Assembly (NCBI GenBank): GCA_947444305.1 | Contig: CANEZP010000001.1 | Span: forward strand, 18,151 to 82,150 | DNA length: 64,000 nt | DNA from: Pseudobdellovibrionaceae bacterium | GTDB lineage: Bacteria > Bdellovibrionota > Bdellovibrionia > Bdellovibrionales > UBA1609 | Reading direction: 5' to 3' | Shown: positions 19,117 to 28,673 of the stretch, piece after piece | How positions within the stretch are numbered: the stretch's first letter is position 1 | Layout of the letters: every line of letters starts with the position of its first letter | The notes under the pieces: generated by a model | Seen by the model: the letters and a program-made list of their open reading frames with translations, nothing else | Database searches by the model: none | What the model was told of the DNA's origin: nothing | Translations under genes and position numbers: made by a program

Positions 19117-20919
19117 ATGAAATCGCGCTACCGCTTTACCGCGGCCATATTGTTTGCGTCCGCCTTCACGATGGGTGGCTTCCAGAACTGCAGCGATATG
19201 AAGGCGAGCGGTGCTTTTACTTCCAGTAGTTTCCGCATGGGTAACAACGGCGAAAAAATCACCGAGTACCAACCTACCTCAATGTTCACCGGCGGCGGAT
19301 TCTTAACCGTGATGGGTGAGAATTTCACCGACAATACCGATGTTACGATCGATGGTGCCGCCTGCTTAGAAAAGCAACTCGTGTCGGCTACCGAAATTCG
19401 TTGCCGCGTTCCCGCGCTCGCCCCCGGCACAAAGAGCGTAAACGTTGCCGGCGCGACGATGCCGGCCACGTTAACTTTCGTTGATTTTTCTAAGGTGAAC
19501 TCGGTCGCCGGTCGCAGCGGAATCTCCGGCGGCATCGATGGCGTCGGTCGTTTAGCGCGACTCACTCAAGTCGGCAGCATGACCAGCGACGGCGAAAAGA
19601 TTTATTTCTCGGAGCCGAAACTGCAAGTGATTCGTAGTCTCGATCTCAATACCTTCGAAACTAAGACCATTGCGGGAGCTTTTTACGACAGCAACGGCAT
19701 GTTCGCCGATGGCGTTGGTACGGCCGCGCGGTTTGCGGATCCGAGTGGATTAGCCGTGAAAAGCGGAACACTTTATATCGCGGATCGCGAGAACTGCGTG
19801 ATTAGAAAAATGAACTTAAGTACCGCTGAGGTCTCGGTTCTCGTGGGAACGCCCCGGCCCGATTACTATGACCCTTGCCCGATCCTCGACGGAGCGAGCG
19901 GAGTCGCAACGATCGGCCGCGTTCAGGCTCTGTTGGTAGATGGAAATAATCTCTACTTTAGCGATAAAAATCCGGCCGGAAATGCGCTGATCCGCCAGGT
20001 AAATTTAACGACACTTGCGGTCACTACGGTGGCCGGTGCAAGCAATCTTCGCATCTTCGATTTGAACACGAGCTACGATTGGACCGTACCAGCGGCCAGC
20101 TTAACGCAAGAGCGACTTTTAACCCCGGCGTTAGAGACCACTCATCCCACGCTCACCACCGGCTACGAAGAATACGAACTGACCGTAGCTCAGCCGGGTG
20201 CCAAGGCGATGCGTTTGCATTTTACCCAATTAGCGATGGGTGCGGATGATCAATTAGAACTTACGGATAAGGACGGACTCGTCTTGTACGAGCAAACGGA
20301 ACTTACCGGTTCAGATTTCTGGACGCCGGTATTTCCGGTCGATTCGATAACGATCGATAGCTATTTTTACGACGGAACTTACGGCTTCAAGGTAGATAAG
20401 ATCCAATACACAAACGACGCTTCGGTGCCTCACGTTCATAAATTCGACGGACCTGCCATCGGCACTCCCGTAGGCTCGCCCGCCGCCATGGTAAAAATCG
20501 GTGATGATATCTATTTCTCGGATTCCGAGTTTAGAAACGTTCGTAAGTTAAATCTCACATCAAAAATGATCACGGCCGTCACCGGTCAGCGTGCGGTTGA
20601 CATGTACAGCACCCAGGGCAAATACAACGAAACGACATTCGCCGCACCGATGGGATTAGCCGCGGACTCGCGCTACCTTTATATTTCCGATATGGGCGAC
20701 GGCCCGCTCGCGCAGAAGACGGGCGAACGGATATTGAAGATGGATCTCGTGACCCGGGAGTCTTCGGTCCTCGTTCAGAGCGACCCGGCCGCGGGTAACC
20801 CGGCAAACATTGATGGACCGCTAAGCAATGCGGCCGTCATGCAGCCTTCGGCTTTGGTTTACGATTCGAAGCGGGGACTGTTTTTCGACTGCCGCGACGT
20901 CATCCGTCGCATCAAGTAA
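19117..20919 (+). CDS. secreted IPT/TIG + NHL-repeat beta-propeller protein with an inserted CUB-like domain
   Basis: ATG 19117 with GAGG 7 nt upstream. MKSRYRFTAAILFASAFTMGGFQNC is a signal or lipoprotein-like leader. The IPT-like segment is GGGFLTVMGENFTDNTDVTIDGAAC. NHL-like blades include SGLAVKSGTLYIADRENCVIRKMNL. The insert is HPTLTTGYEEYELTVAQPGAKAMRLHFTQL..DDQLELTDKDG. Confidence 0.75.
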   Translation: MKSRYRFTAAILFASAFTMGGFQNCSDMKASGAFTSSSFRMGNNGEKITEYQPTSMFTGGGFLTVMGENFTDNTDVTIDGAACLEKQLVSATEIRCRVPALAPGTKSVNVAGATMPATLTFVDFSKVNSVAGRSGISGGIDGVGRLARLTQVGSMTSDGEKIYFSEPKLQVIRSLDLNTFETKTIAGAFYDSNGMFADGVGTAARFADPSGLAVKSGTLYIADRENCVIRKMNLSTAEVSVLVGTPRPDYYDPCPILDGASGVATIGRVQALLVDGNNLYFSDKNPAGNALIRQVNLTTLAVTTVAGASNLRIFDLNTSYDWTVPAASLTQERLLTPALETTHPTLTTGYEEYELTVAQPGAKAMRLHFTQLAMGADDQLELTDKDGLVLYEQTELTGSDFWTPVFPVDSITIDSYFYDGTYGFKVDKIQYTNDASVPHVHKFDGPAIGTPVGSPAAMVKIGDDIYFSDSEFRNVRKLNLTSKMITAVTGQRAVDMYSTQGKYNETTFAAPMGLAADSRYLYISDMGDGPLAQKTGERILKMDLVTRESSVLVQSDPAAGNPANIDGPLSNAAVMQPSALVYDSKRGLFFDCRDVIRRIK

Positions 20920-20929
20920 TTCGAAACAG

Positions 20930-21988
20930 CTATTGATAAAGCGTGGCGGAAAATTCGGTCAAATTAATGGCCGAACAACCCGTGCCCGGCGTGTCCTGCA
21001 CCCGCAAACTCAAATACAAAGCGCTGAATGAACCGCCGCCGTCGGTGATGTTCGTGCGGACCTTTTCGAAGGCCGCGCCGGAGAAGTTCGCCGTGTAGGT
21101 CGCCGTTTGGTTGGAACTCAAGATGAAATTGGGTCTCACTGACCATTGAAAATCATCCTCATTCCACAAGCCTATGGTGAGCGCAGAAGGCGTAAGAATC
21201 GCCGGCCCCGTACTCCCGCAAGTCGCGACGCTGCCGCCCGCGGCTTTCGCCTGGATTTGCAAGCCGCGGAACGGGCGAACGTTGATGTTCGTCACGTTGA
21301 GCACAAGGTCCAAGCGCGCTTTGCCTGAGAGACCGTCGGTCGAGCGGGGAACGGTAAAGGTAATAAAAGAGCCGGCGCCCGGCGCGCCCTCAGAAAAATC
21401 GCTCAACGAATTGCCGATTAATAAATTCGCGCGCCCCGCAAGCGTAACGGTGTTGTTCGGAATCATGTCTTCGGCACGGTCCGCAAGTTCGGCGGTAGCC
21501 AAAGCTTTGCCCGCGAAAATATCCAGCGTGGCCCGCGCGAGTTCATTGACGACCGGGTAGGGAGGCGTCGCCAGCACGCCCTTCTCCGGAAAACCCGCGA
21601 AGGTCTGAGCCGCGCAAGCGCCCGTGATTCCGCTAACGCCCAATATCCGTACGGTACGCGCGCGACCGATCGGCACGCGAATATCTAACGAGGTCGTGCC
21701 CGCCGCCACCAGATCGGTGCGCTGAAACCATTGTGAATTTAAACCGAGGTCAAGCGGACCAAAAGCGCTGTCTTCTTCGTACATCGAATCGATGCCGGGT
21801 CCGTTCACGTCCAACACGAAGCAGTCGACGGTAGAATAATCGCCGGGACCGGCTTTAGCGCCGGCCTTGTTTTCGATCAATGATCGCGGAATAGAAATCT
21901 TAAGCTCGGCCGTTTCGACTTTGCTGTAACGCTCGAGCGAGCAAGAAGCATTGAGTAAAATCAAGCCGGCACAAAAAACAAACTTCAT
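20930..21988 (-). CDS. probable lipoprotein, unknown function
   Basis: 352 aa, with leader MKFVFCAGLILLNASC. The start overlaps the stop of the FecR-like gene (ATGA). Confidence 0.7.
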   Translation of the reverse strand: MKFVFCAGLILLNASCSLERYSKVETAELKISIPRSLIENKAGAKAGPGDYSTVDCFVLDVNGPGIDSMYEEDSAFGPLDLGLNSQWFQRTDLVAAGTTSLDIRVPIGRARTVRILGVSGITGACAAQTFAGFPEKGVLATPPYPVVNELARATLDIFAGKALATAELADRAEDMIPNNTVTLAGRANLLIGNSLSDFSEGAPGAGSFITFTVPRSTDGLSGKARLDLVLNVTNINVRPFRGLQIQAKAAGGSVATCGSTGPAILTPSALTIGLWNEDDFQWSVRPNFILSSNQTATYTANFSGAAFEKVRTNITDGGGSFSALYLSLRVQDTPGTGCSAINLTEFSATLYQ

Positions 21989-22884
21989 TGCGGAAACCCG
22001 ATCGTCACGTTCACGAAATTGGAACGGTCATTAAACTGATCATCGCGAAAGTTTTTGCGAAAGAGCGCCTCGCCCGTCTTAGCCTGCCTGATTGCGCCCA
22101 CCGGATCCTTAGATAAGTTGCGATTGACGGCCTGGATGGTGCTCAATCCGAAGCCTCCCGGCCCGTTGCCGACCGAGATCGCCTGCAAAAACGTTTCGTT
22201 CGTCAACCGCGCGGCACGCGCCACCGAATCGATCGCCGATTGTTCAAGCTTCTTCACATCCTCGCTCCTGAACGCGTCTTGCTCAACCGCTTCGCCCACG
22301 ATCTTAGCGGCGGCGGTATAAGACATTCCGGCGGTGAGAATCAGTTTCACTCCGTCCGGGTTGTCGCGGTCCTTCGCCTGGCGAAGCGCCACTTGCCCTT
22401 CGATGACGGTGACACTCGTTCGCACTACGCCGTCACCATCTGCGGGGAAAACTTCAACGACGAAGTCGGTGCCTTCGACGCCCATCGCGGCGGCCGCCGT
22501 GTGAATTTCGAAGCGGCCCTTGGACCGCTCAAGTTCACGGTTCACCTTTGCGCGCACCTTGCCGCGCTCGACTTGGATCAATACCTGTCGTTCACGAGAA
22601 TCGGGCGCGATCAAAAGCGGAATGAATAAAGAGGAGGATGCGCTCACATCTAAAATCGTTTCGTCGATCAAGTGAAGCTTCGCGGCCGATTGTTCGTCGG
22701 TCGCAACTTGATCGCCGGAGTTTAAGGGGAAACCTGGACCGAGGCCCAGCCGGCTTGCATCGCTTTTCAAGACGATCGAGGGCAAACCTTTTACGCTCAA
22801 AACTTGTCCGACCGCCGCGAAAGCGGGTGCACGCATAAACAGCATAAGGACTAGAAAGAGAAAAGGTCGCCTGGCTAAAGACAT
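21985..22884 (-). CDS. secreted FecR-domain protein
   Basis: 299 aa. The signal peptide is MSLARRPFLFLVLMLFMRAPAFA. The FecR-like core is GFPLNSGDQVATDEQSAAKLHLIDETILDVSASSSL. Confidence 0.72.
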   Translation of the reverse strand: MSLARRPFLFLVLMLFMRAPAFAAVGQVLSVKGLPSIVLKSDASRLGLGPGFPLNSGDQVATDEQSAAKLHLIDETILDVSASSSLFIPLLIAPDSRERQVLIQVERGKVRAKVNRELERSKGRFEIHTAAAAMGVEGTDFVVEVFPADGDGVVRTSVTVIEGQVALRQAKDRDNPDGVKLILTAGMSYTAAAKIVGEAVEQDAFRSEDVKKLEQSAIDSVARAARLTNETFLQAISVGNGPGGFGLSTIQAVNRNLSKDPVGAIRQAKTGEALFRKNFRDDQFNDRSNFVNVTIGFPQ

Positions 22885-22926
22885 ATTTTATCTTGGCGAT
22901 TTCTACGTAAGCAGTAAAGATGAATC

Positions 22927-24492
22927 ATGCCCCCGGTCCGCTACCTCGCCCTTTCGACATTGATAATGCTCGGTCTAGCGTTTCGTCCAGGCGTCGCCGC
23001 GGCCGCGAACGATAATTCCGAAGCGCATTTGGCGAAAGCGTCGGCTGCTTTCTACGCCCAAGATTACCCGCAAGTCTTGAAGTCACTCGAAGCGGCGCTG
23101 AATCTTAATTCAACAGATCCGCAAGCTCTTGAACTTCTCGCGCTGACGTTAAAGACCCAAGAACGTTTCCCCGAGGCGCTCAAAATTTACCAAAGCCTTC
23201 TGCAAATCGCGAAGCTCGAGAACTGGCCGGCCGCGCGCAAGGCGCCGTACGTTTTCGAAACCGCGCTCATCGAATTTTCGCAAGGGCAATTCCGCCGCGC
23301 GGCGGTCGGATTCCTGACCGCGCGCCAAAGCGGCTTCAACGCCGACACCGCAATGTTCTTCCAGGGCTTGTGCCGCTACCGTGAGGGCGACGCAAAGGGC
23401 GCCGCGAAGGTGTGGGAACTCCTCGGCAAAAGTTCGAAGACGCCCGAGATCACCGCCGCCGCTTTGTACTACCGCGCGAGAGTCGCCCTCGATCAAAAAG
23501 CCGGCGCGCAAGCGGCCGCTCTGCTTAGGCAAGCCGAACAGGCGACGCAAGATCAAACCGGTGAGTTAGCCACGCAAATTCGCGCACAAACTCAAGCCGC
23601 GCTCCAAACCTCGGAACAAACGCGGTTCCTCGCGGGCGTGGAGACGTCGAGCGAGTATGATTCAAACGCGCTTCTCCTCAGCGATGACTTAAGATTGAGC
23701 CGCGACGAATCGTCGACCTTTCGTCAAACTTTGCTGGCCGCGCTGGCGGCGGGACGCGATCACGGCAACGACGGCGCCTGGTACTTAGGCTTTCGCTCGA
23801 TCATCAATTACAACGCCAATAAAAAAACAAAATCGAGCGAATTTGCCGCGAACGAAATCGACGGCGCGTGGATGTTCGCCAATCTCGGCTCCGTACGCAT
23901 GGGGCCGACCGCGCGCGCGCTCGCCCTTTTTCGCAATCAATCGGTGACGGGGAGTGAAGATTTTCACACCTATCTACTCTCGGGCTCGGCAGGCTGGGCC
24001 ATCGAATCCTACGCGGGACCGAACCTCTGGCGTGTAGAGGCCAACGCGGGCAATGCCCGCTTCCTCGACGACGCCGACTTGGATCCCGAAATGCGCCGCA
24101 CCGGTTTGACCGCCGATGCCGCCGGAAGCTGGCGACGCGACGAAGAGGCCGGGCGCTTTAATCCTTTCGCACGCGTCGAAGCGGTGAGGCAATGGACGGC
24201 GGGACCGGAGTATCGCGCTTTGCACGCCAGATTTTTATTTGGAAATAAATTTTATTTAGGTAATTGGCAGTTGCTCGCGCAAGGCTCGGCGGGGCTTTCC
24301 GAATACGCCGACCGCGTACAAGAAAAACGCCACGATAAGCTTTTTGCGCTGGATGCGATCGCTTCACGAACGATCTCTAAGAATTTTTCATTTTTGTTGA
24401 GACTCGGCGTGGCCGCGAATCAGTCGTCGCTGGAAGAATTGTATTCTTACCAGCGCGAAATCGTGGGCGCGGGTCTCAGGTATGTTTTCTAA
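22927..24492 (+). CDS. outer-membrane protein: N-terminal TPR region + C-terminal beta-barrel (Slam/DUF560-like or YaiO-like architecture)
   Basis: 521 aa, with a signal peptide ending in AAA. About 200 aa are TPR-like helices and about 290 aa have an alternating beta pattern. It ends GAGLRYVF, an aromatic OMP C-terminus. Confidence 0.72.
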   Translation: MPPVRYLALSTLIMLGLAFRPGVAAAANDNSEAHLAKASAAFYAQDYPQVLKSLEAALNLNSTDPQALELLALTLKTQERFPEALKIYQSLLQIAKLENWPAARKAPYVFETALIEFSQGQFRRAAVGFLTARQSGFNADTAMFFQGLCRYREGDAKGAAKVWELLGKSSKTPEITAAALYYRARVALDQKAGAQAAALLRQAEQATQDQTGELATQIRAQTQAALQTSEQTRFLAGVETSSEYDSNALLLSDDLRLSRDESSTFRQTLLAALAAGRDHGNDGAWYLGFRSIINYNANKKTKSSEFAANEIDGAWMFANLGSVRMGPTARALALFRNQSVTGSEDFHTYLLSGSAGWAIESYAGPNLWRVEANAGNARFLDDADLDPEMRRTGLTADAAGSWRRDEEAGRFNPFARVEAVRQWTAGPEYRALHARFLFGNKFYLGNWQLLAQGSAGLSEYADRVQEKRHDKLFALDAIASRTISKNFSFLLRLGVAANQSSLEELYSYQREIVGAGLRYVF

Positions 24493-24507
24493 GCTCAATC
24501 CCCAAAA

Positions 24508-24753
24508 TTATTGAAGAGAGTAGGTCACCGAACGGTTGCGGATTCCGCAGGCCGTGCAGTTCGCTTCTTCGTTCACAATCCCGGTGATAAAATCCGTTTT
24601 GTGTTTGAACGTGAGTTGGGTGCCGCAAAGTACGCATTGCAAATGCTCATCAACCGATTCTTCCAACCAAGCTTTGCTCGAGACCTTGGGCGGCCATTGA
24701 ATGTTCACGTCGATGGTTGCGATCACTTTGGGTTTCTCGTTCTTGTTGTCCAT
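24508..24753 (-). CDS. small zinc-ribbon protein (CxxC..CxxC)
   Basis: ATG 24753 is preceded by AAGGAG at 6 nt. 81 aa, with CVLCGTQ...CTACGIR. Confidence 0.65.
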   Translation of the reverse strand: MDNKNEKPKVIATIDVNIQWPPKVSSKAWLEESVDEHLQCVLCGTQLTFKHKTDFITGIVNEEANCTACGIRNRSVTYSLQ

Positions 24754-24814
24754 CCTGGGCTCCTTTATTTCATTCGCGGCCGTCCTAGCCGCGTACATAA
24801 TTCTTCTCGGGTGA

Positions 24815-25366
24815 GTGCCGTCTCAACTTGAGACATTACGCATTGCAGAAGATGTTTTTCTCATCGCCTCACGCAGCGACTTCCCCTACGTTGGTCCGGC
24901 TATGCTTACCGACGAACAGCGACAGTATTTAGAAGAGGTTCTGGGGGTAAATCCCTTAGGTATGGTTCTGGGCAATGTACCCGTACCCGCGAACACCGCC
25001 TCGGTAGCGGTAGCCGAGGCATCGAGTGAGCTGGCGGAACCGGAGCACCACGAGCTTCTTGTTCTCACGTATCCGCTCGAAGACCTTGAGCGTGCTTTAC
25101 TACAGAAAATTTTAGCCAGCGTGAAGCTGCAAAACTTTACGCACCACGAACAAAACGAAATTGAGCTCGCTGAACTTCCCGAAGGAATTAGCGCGGCGAA
25201 GGTCTTGGCCTTCATCGATTATCCGGGCGGTAAAAATATATTCGATGAATCGACTTGGTTCGTGTTTCCGCCGGTTGCGCAAATGACGGGCGCCAACGCC
25301 ACGGTCAACGCCCGCAAGAAAGAAACATGGAATCTCTTGCAGCAGTTCGCGAAGGAACAAGCTTGA
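24815..25366 (+). CDS. hypothetical protein, first gene of the nfeD-SPFH-spoIID operon
   Basis: 183-aa ORF with a GTG start; an alternative ATG lies at 24902. I recognise no family. Confidence 0.55.
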   Translation: MPSQLETLRIAEDVFLIASRSDFPYVGPAMLTDEQRQYLEEVLGVNPLGMVLGNVPVPANTASVAVAEASSELAEPEHHELLVLTYPLEDLERALLQKILASVKLQNFTHHEQNEIELAELPEGISAAKVLAFIDYPGGKNIFDESTWFVFPPVAQMTGANATVNARKKETWNLLQQFAKEQA

Positions 25367-26667
25367 GATTTCTCGTCGCGCTATTTTTCATCTTGCCTTG
25401 GATGCAAGTCGTTACGGCGAACGCTGCGGAAGCGTCAACGTCCCCCCAAACCTGCACCAAAACCGTAGAGATCACGCGCACCATCGGCCCAGCGACCGTT
25501 GATCTCCTCAAACGCGTAGAAAAACGTGCGGCGCAGGAAAAATGCTCAAGCATCTTATTACTCGTCAACACCCCCGGCGGCAGTCTCGACAGCACGCGCA
25601 CCATCGTCGAAATGATTTTGAATTCCCCGCTACCTTATCTTTGTTTAGTCTCGCCGAGCGGTGGGCACGCGGGCAGCGCCGGCGCGATCATCTTACAAGC
25701 TTGTCACGTCAACGGCGGCTTAACCGGCACCAACCTCGGCGCCGCGACCCCGGTCACGATGAGCGGCGACATTCCGAAAGACTTACGCCAAAAAATAATG
25801 AACGACACGAAGAGCTGGCTCCAAAGCCTGACCAAGTTGCGCGGCCGCAACGATCAGTTCGGGCAAGACATCATCATGGAAGCAAAAGCCGTCACGGCCG
25901 AAGAGGCCCTGAAATTAAAAGCGATCGACTACGCCGGTCCAACAGTCGCCGATTTCCTAAAATTTGCCAATGGCCGCAAAGTGAAAATGGCGGGCGCAAC
26001 CACGCAGACGGTGCGCACCGGACCGCAGAGCGTGTTCGAGTTCGATACCCGCCACAAAACCTTATCGCTCTTAACCGATCCCGAATTCGCGTACATGCTG
26101 CTGCTCGGTAGTCTCGCGCTACTTTATTTTGAGATCACCCACCCGGGCACGATGGTGGCCGGCGTTCTCGGTGGGCTCGGTCTCGTCGTCGCGATGATTG
26201 CGCTCAACAAACTCGATGTCGAGTGGGGCGGGCTGATGCTTATCTTCTTAGGCATCGCGCTTCTCATCGCCGAAATGTTCGTGCCCGCGTTCGGAATACT
26301 CGGCGTAGGCGGGATCACGAGCTTCGTCCTCGGCAGCATCTTCCTCTTCGACCCCGCAAAAACTTTTGGCTACCGTTTGCCGCTCACGCTCATCGCGCCC
26401 GTCGTATTGATCTTCGCCGCGATCTTCATCGGCGTGAGTATGCTCATGATTAAAACGCGTGCCGTGAAGAAAAAGGGCGGCTTCGAAGACCTCATGGGCG
26501 TCATGGCCAAAGTCGTCAGTCTCGAAGACGAAAGGCACGGCCAAATCGAACTTCGCGGCGAAATCTGGAAGTTCAAGTCCGACGCCCCCGTCGCGCTCAA
26601 CGACAGCGTCAAAGTCCACGGTCACAAAGAACTCGTATTGCACGTTACATCCTATAAGGAGTCCTAA
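25327..26667 (+). CDS. NfeD-family membrane-bound ClpP-class protease-like protein
   Basis: An N-terminal ClpP-like domain (LLLVNTPGGSLDSTRTIV, SPSGGHAGSAGAII), several TM helices, and a C-terminal NfeD OB region (ELRGEIWKFKSD). The start is ATG 25327 or TTG 25363 (TTGA overlap with the upstream stop). Confidence 0.88.
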   Translation: MESLAAVREGTSLRFLVALFFILPWMQVVTANAAEASTSPQTCTKTVEITRTIGPATVDLLKRVEKRAAQEKCSSILLLVNTPGGSLDSTRTIVEMILNSPLPYLCLVSPSGGHAGSAGAIILQACHVNGGLTGTNLGAATPVTMSGDIPKDLRQKIMNDTKSWLQSLTKLRGRNDQFGQDIIMEAKAVTAEEALKLKAIDYAGPTVADFLKFANGRKVKMAGATTQTVRTGPQSVFEFDTRHKTLSLLTDPEFAYMLLLGSLALLYFEITHPGTMVAGVLGGLGLVVAMIALNKLDVEWGGLMLIFLGIALLIAEMFVPAFGILGVGGITSFVLGSIFLFDPAKTFGYRLPLTLIAPVVLIFAAIFIGVSMLMIKTRAVKKKGGFEDLMGVMAKVVSLEDERHGQIELRGEIWKFKSDAPVALNDSVKVHGHKELVLHVTSYKES

Positions 26668-27423
26668 ATGGAATTCGTCGGTCCTTCATTTATTTTTATA
26701 ATCCTCGGTTTGTCGGTCCTCTTCTCGGCCGTAAAAATTCTTAACGAATGGGAGCGCGGCGTGGTCTTACGTCTCGGCCGCTCGATCGGAATTCGCGGGC
26801 CGGGCTTGATTATCCTCGTGCCCATGCTCGAAAAACTCGTTCGCATCGACACGCGCACCGTCACCATGGATGTGCCGTCGCAAGACGTAATCACCCAGGA
26901 CAACATCAGTCTTAAAGTAAACGCCGTAATTTACTTTCGCGTCGTTGATCCCGAAGGTGCCGTCACCCGCGTCGTGGATTATTATTTCGCGACCTCGCAG
27001 CTCGCGCAAACGACATTGAGAAGCGTTCTCGGCCAGTACCAGATGGACGAAATCCTCGCGCACCGGGATAAGATCAACCAGTCTTTGCAAGTGATTCTCG
27101 ATAAGGCGACCGAAGCGTGGGGCATAAAGATCTCGACGGTCGAAGTGAAGAACATCGATTTGCCCAAAGAAATGCAATCCGCGATGGCGAGACAGGCCGA
27201 GGCCGAGCGTGAACGCCGCGCGAAGGTCATCAGCGCCGAGGGCGAATTCCAGCGCGCGCAGAAACTGAAAGAAGCCGCGGACATCCTCTCGACGAGCCCG
27301 GCCGCGATTCAACTCGCTTACTTGCAAGCGCTCAACGAGATCTCGGGCGAAGGCACGAAGACCATCGTCTTTCCGCTGCCGATTGATCTACTTAAAGCAT
27401 TTACGGACAACTCGAAAACTTAA
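26668..27423 (+). CDS. SPFH/band-7 (stomatin-like) protein
   Basis: 251 aa, with one N-terminal TM, an SPFH core ([21 protein letters not shown]) and a coiled-coil tail. This is the classic NfeD partner. Confidence 0.93.
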   Translation: MEFVGPSFIFIILGLSVLFSAVKILNEWERGVVLRLGRSIGIRGPGLIILVPMLEKLVRIDTRTVTMDVPSQDVITQDNISLKVNAVIYFRVVDPEGAVTRVVDYYFATSQLAQTTLRSVLGQYQMDEILAHRDKINQSLQVILDKATEAWGIKISTVEVKNIDLPKEMQSAMARQAEAERERRAKVISAEGEFQRAQKLKEAADILSTSPAAIQLAYLQALNEISGEGTKTIVFPLPIDLLKAFTDNSKT

Positions 27424-28673
27424 TGAAAGTCACTTTCACCATCATCTTCACGCTGTGCCTGCAAACCGCGGCTTCGCAAGAAGCCGCCGCGGCCCCAGCG
27501 GAGATCCGCGTCCGTGTGAAGCGCGCGCGGCAAACGCTCGACGTCGCGGGCTTCGGTTTAAGGATCGCGCCGCCCGGCGCGCTCACGGCGATCTCCCTCG
27601 AAGAACCGAAGCTCACCACCGCGCGCATCACCCGAACTAAACAAGGTCAATGGATCGTCAAATGGCCCGGCACGGAAGAGTCTGCGCGCTTCGATTCACC
27701 GGCGCTGACCGTACGCGGGCAAATGATGAGGCTAGGGATCGAACCCGTGCCGTATGATCTAGAAGTGATACCCAATCCCAAAGCGGGGATGGATGTCGTC
27801 GCCCGGCTCGATCTCGAAACCTACCTCGCGGGCGTACTTCCGTCGGAGATGCCGGCGGCCTGGCCGATCGAAGCCCTCAAAGCCCAAGCGGTGGCCGCGC
27901 GAAGCTTCGCGCTAAGAACCGCCTTCGAACGCCGGAATAAAACCTTCGACGTCGATTCAACCATCATGGATCAAGTCTACAAATTCCTCCACGCGGCCCA
28001 GGACCATCCCGAGTGGAAAGAAAAGATCGCCCGCGCCGTCGGTGAAACACGCGGGCAAACGCTTAAGGACGCGCGCGGCCGCACGGTCAAAGCGTTTTAC
28101 TCGGCCGACTGCGGCTGCCAAACGGAAGACCCCAAATTCGTGTGGGGCAAGGTCGACAACATTCAGTCCGTTAAAGACCCAACCTGCGACCAAAGAAAAA
28201 CCCGCCAGTGGGAAATGACACTCTCAAAAATCCAAGTGCGTGAAAAGCTAGTCGCGGCTTACGAGCTGCCCGAAAAAACAACCCTGCGCACCGTCCAGGT
28301 CGCCGGAAAAACCCCCAGCGGCCGCGTTGCCAGCGTCATTGCCACGCTCGACGTCGAAGGTAAAGCGAAACCCTTCATGATGAGCAGCCAAGAATTTCGC
28401 AAAATATTTAGTTTCGAAAAAATCAGGAGCACGGACTTCACGCTCAAATGGTCGGGCGCGAAAATGCAAATCCTAGGCAGCGGCGTGGGTCACGCGGTAG
28501 GGCTTTGCCAAACCGGAGCCCGCGCGCTCGCGCAAACCGGCATGAAGTACGACGAGATTTTGAAATTGTATTACCCGAAGCTTAAGCTTTGGGTGCCGAA
28601 GAATGATAAGCCAAGTAAGCGGGCCAACCGTCGCCAAAATAACGCTCGCCCACGCTTTGCGGAACCTGTGTAA
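27423..28673 (+). CDS. SpoIID/LytB-domain protein (amidase enhancer type)
   Basis: 416 aa, with EALKAQAVAARSFAL, FYSADCGCQTED and GHAVGLCQTGA. TAATG junction with the SPFH gene. Confidence 0.88.
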   Translation: MKVTFTIIFTLCLQTAASQEAAAAPAEIRVRVKRARQTLDVAGFGLRIAPPGALTAISLEEPKLTTARITRTKQGQWIVKWPGTEESARFDSPALTVRGQMMRLGIEPVPYDLEVIPNPKAGMDVVARLDLETYLAGVLPSEMPAAWPIEALKAQAVAARSFALRTAFERRNKTFDVDSTIMDQVYKFLHAAQDHPEWKEKIARAVGETRGQTLKDARGRTVKAFYSADCGCQTEDPKFVWGKVDNIQSVKDPTCDQRKTRQWEMTLSKIQVREKLVAAYELPEKTTLRTVQVAGKTPSGRVASVIATLDVEGKAKPFMMSSQEFRKIFSFEKIRSTDFTLKWSGAKMQILGSGVGHAVGLCQTGARALAQTGMKYDEILKLYYPKLKLWVPKNDKPSKRANRRQNNARPRFAEPV

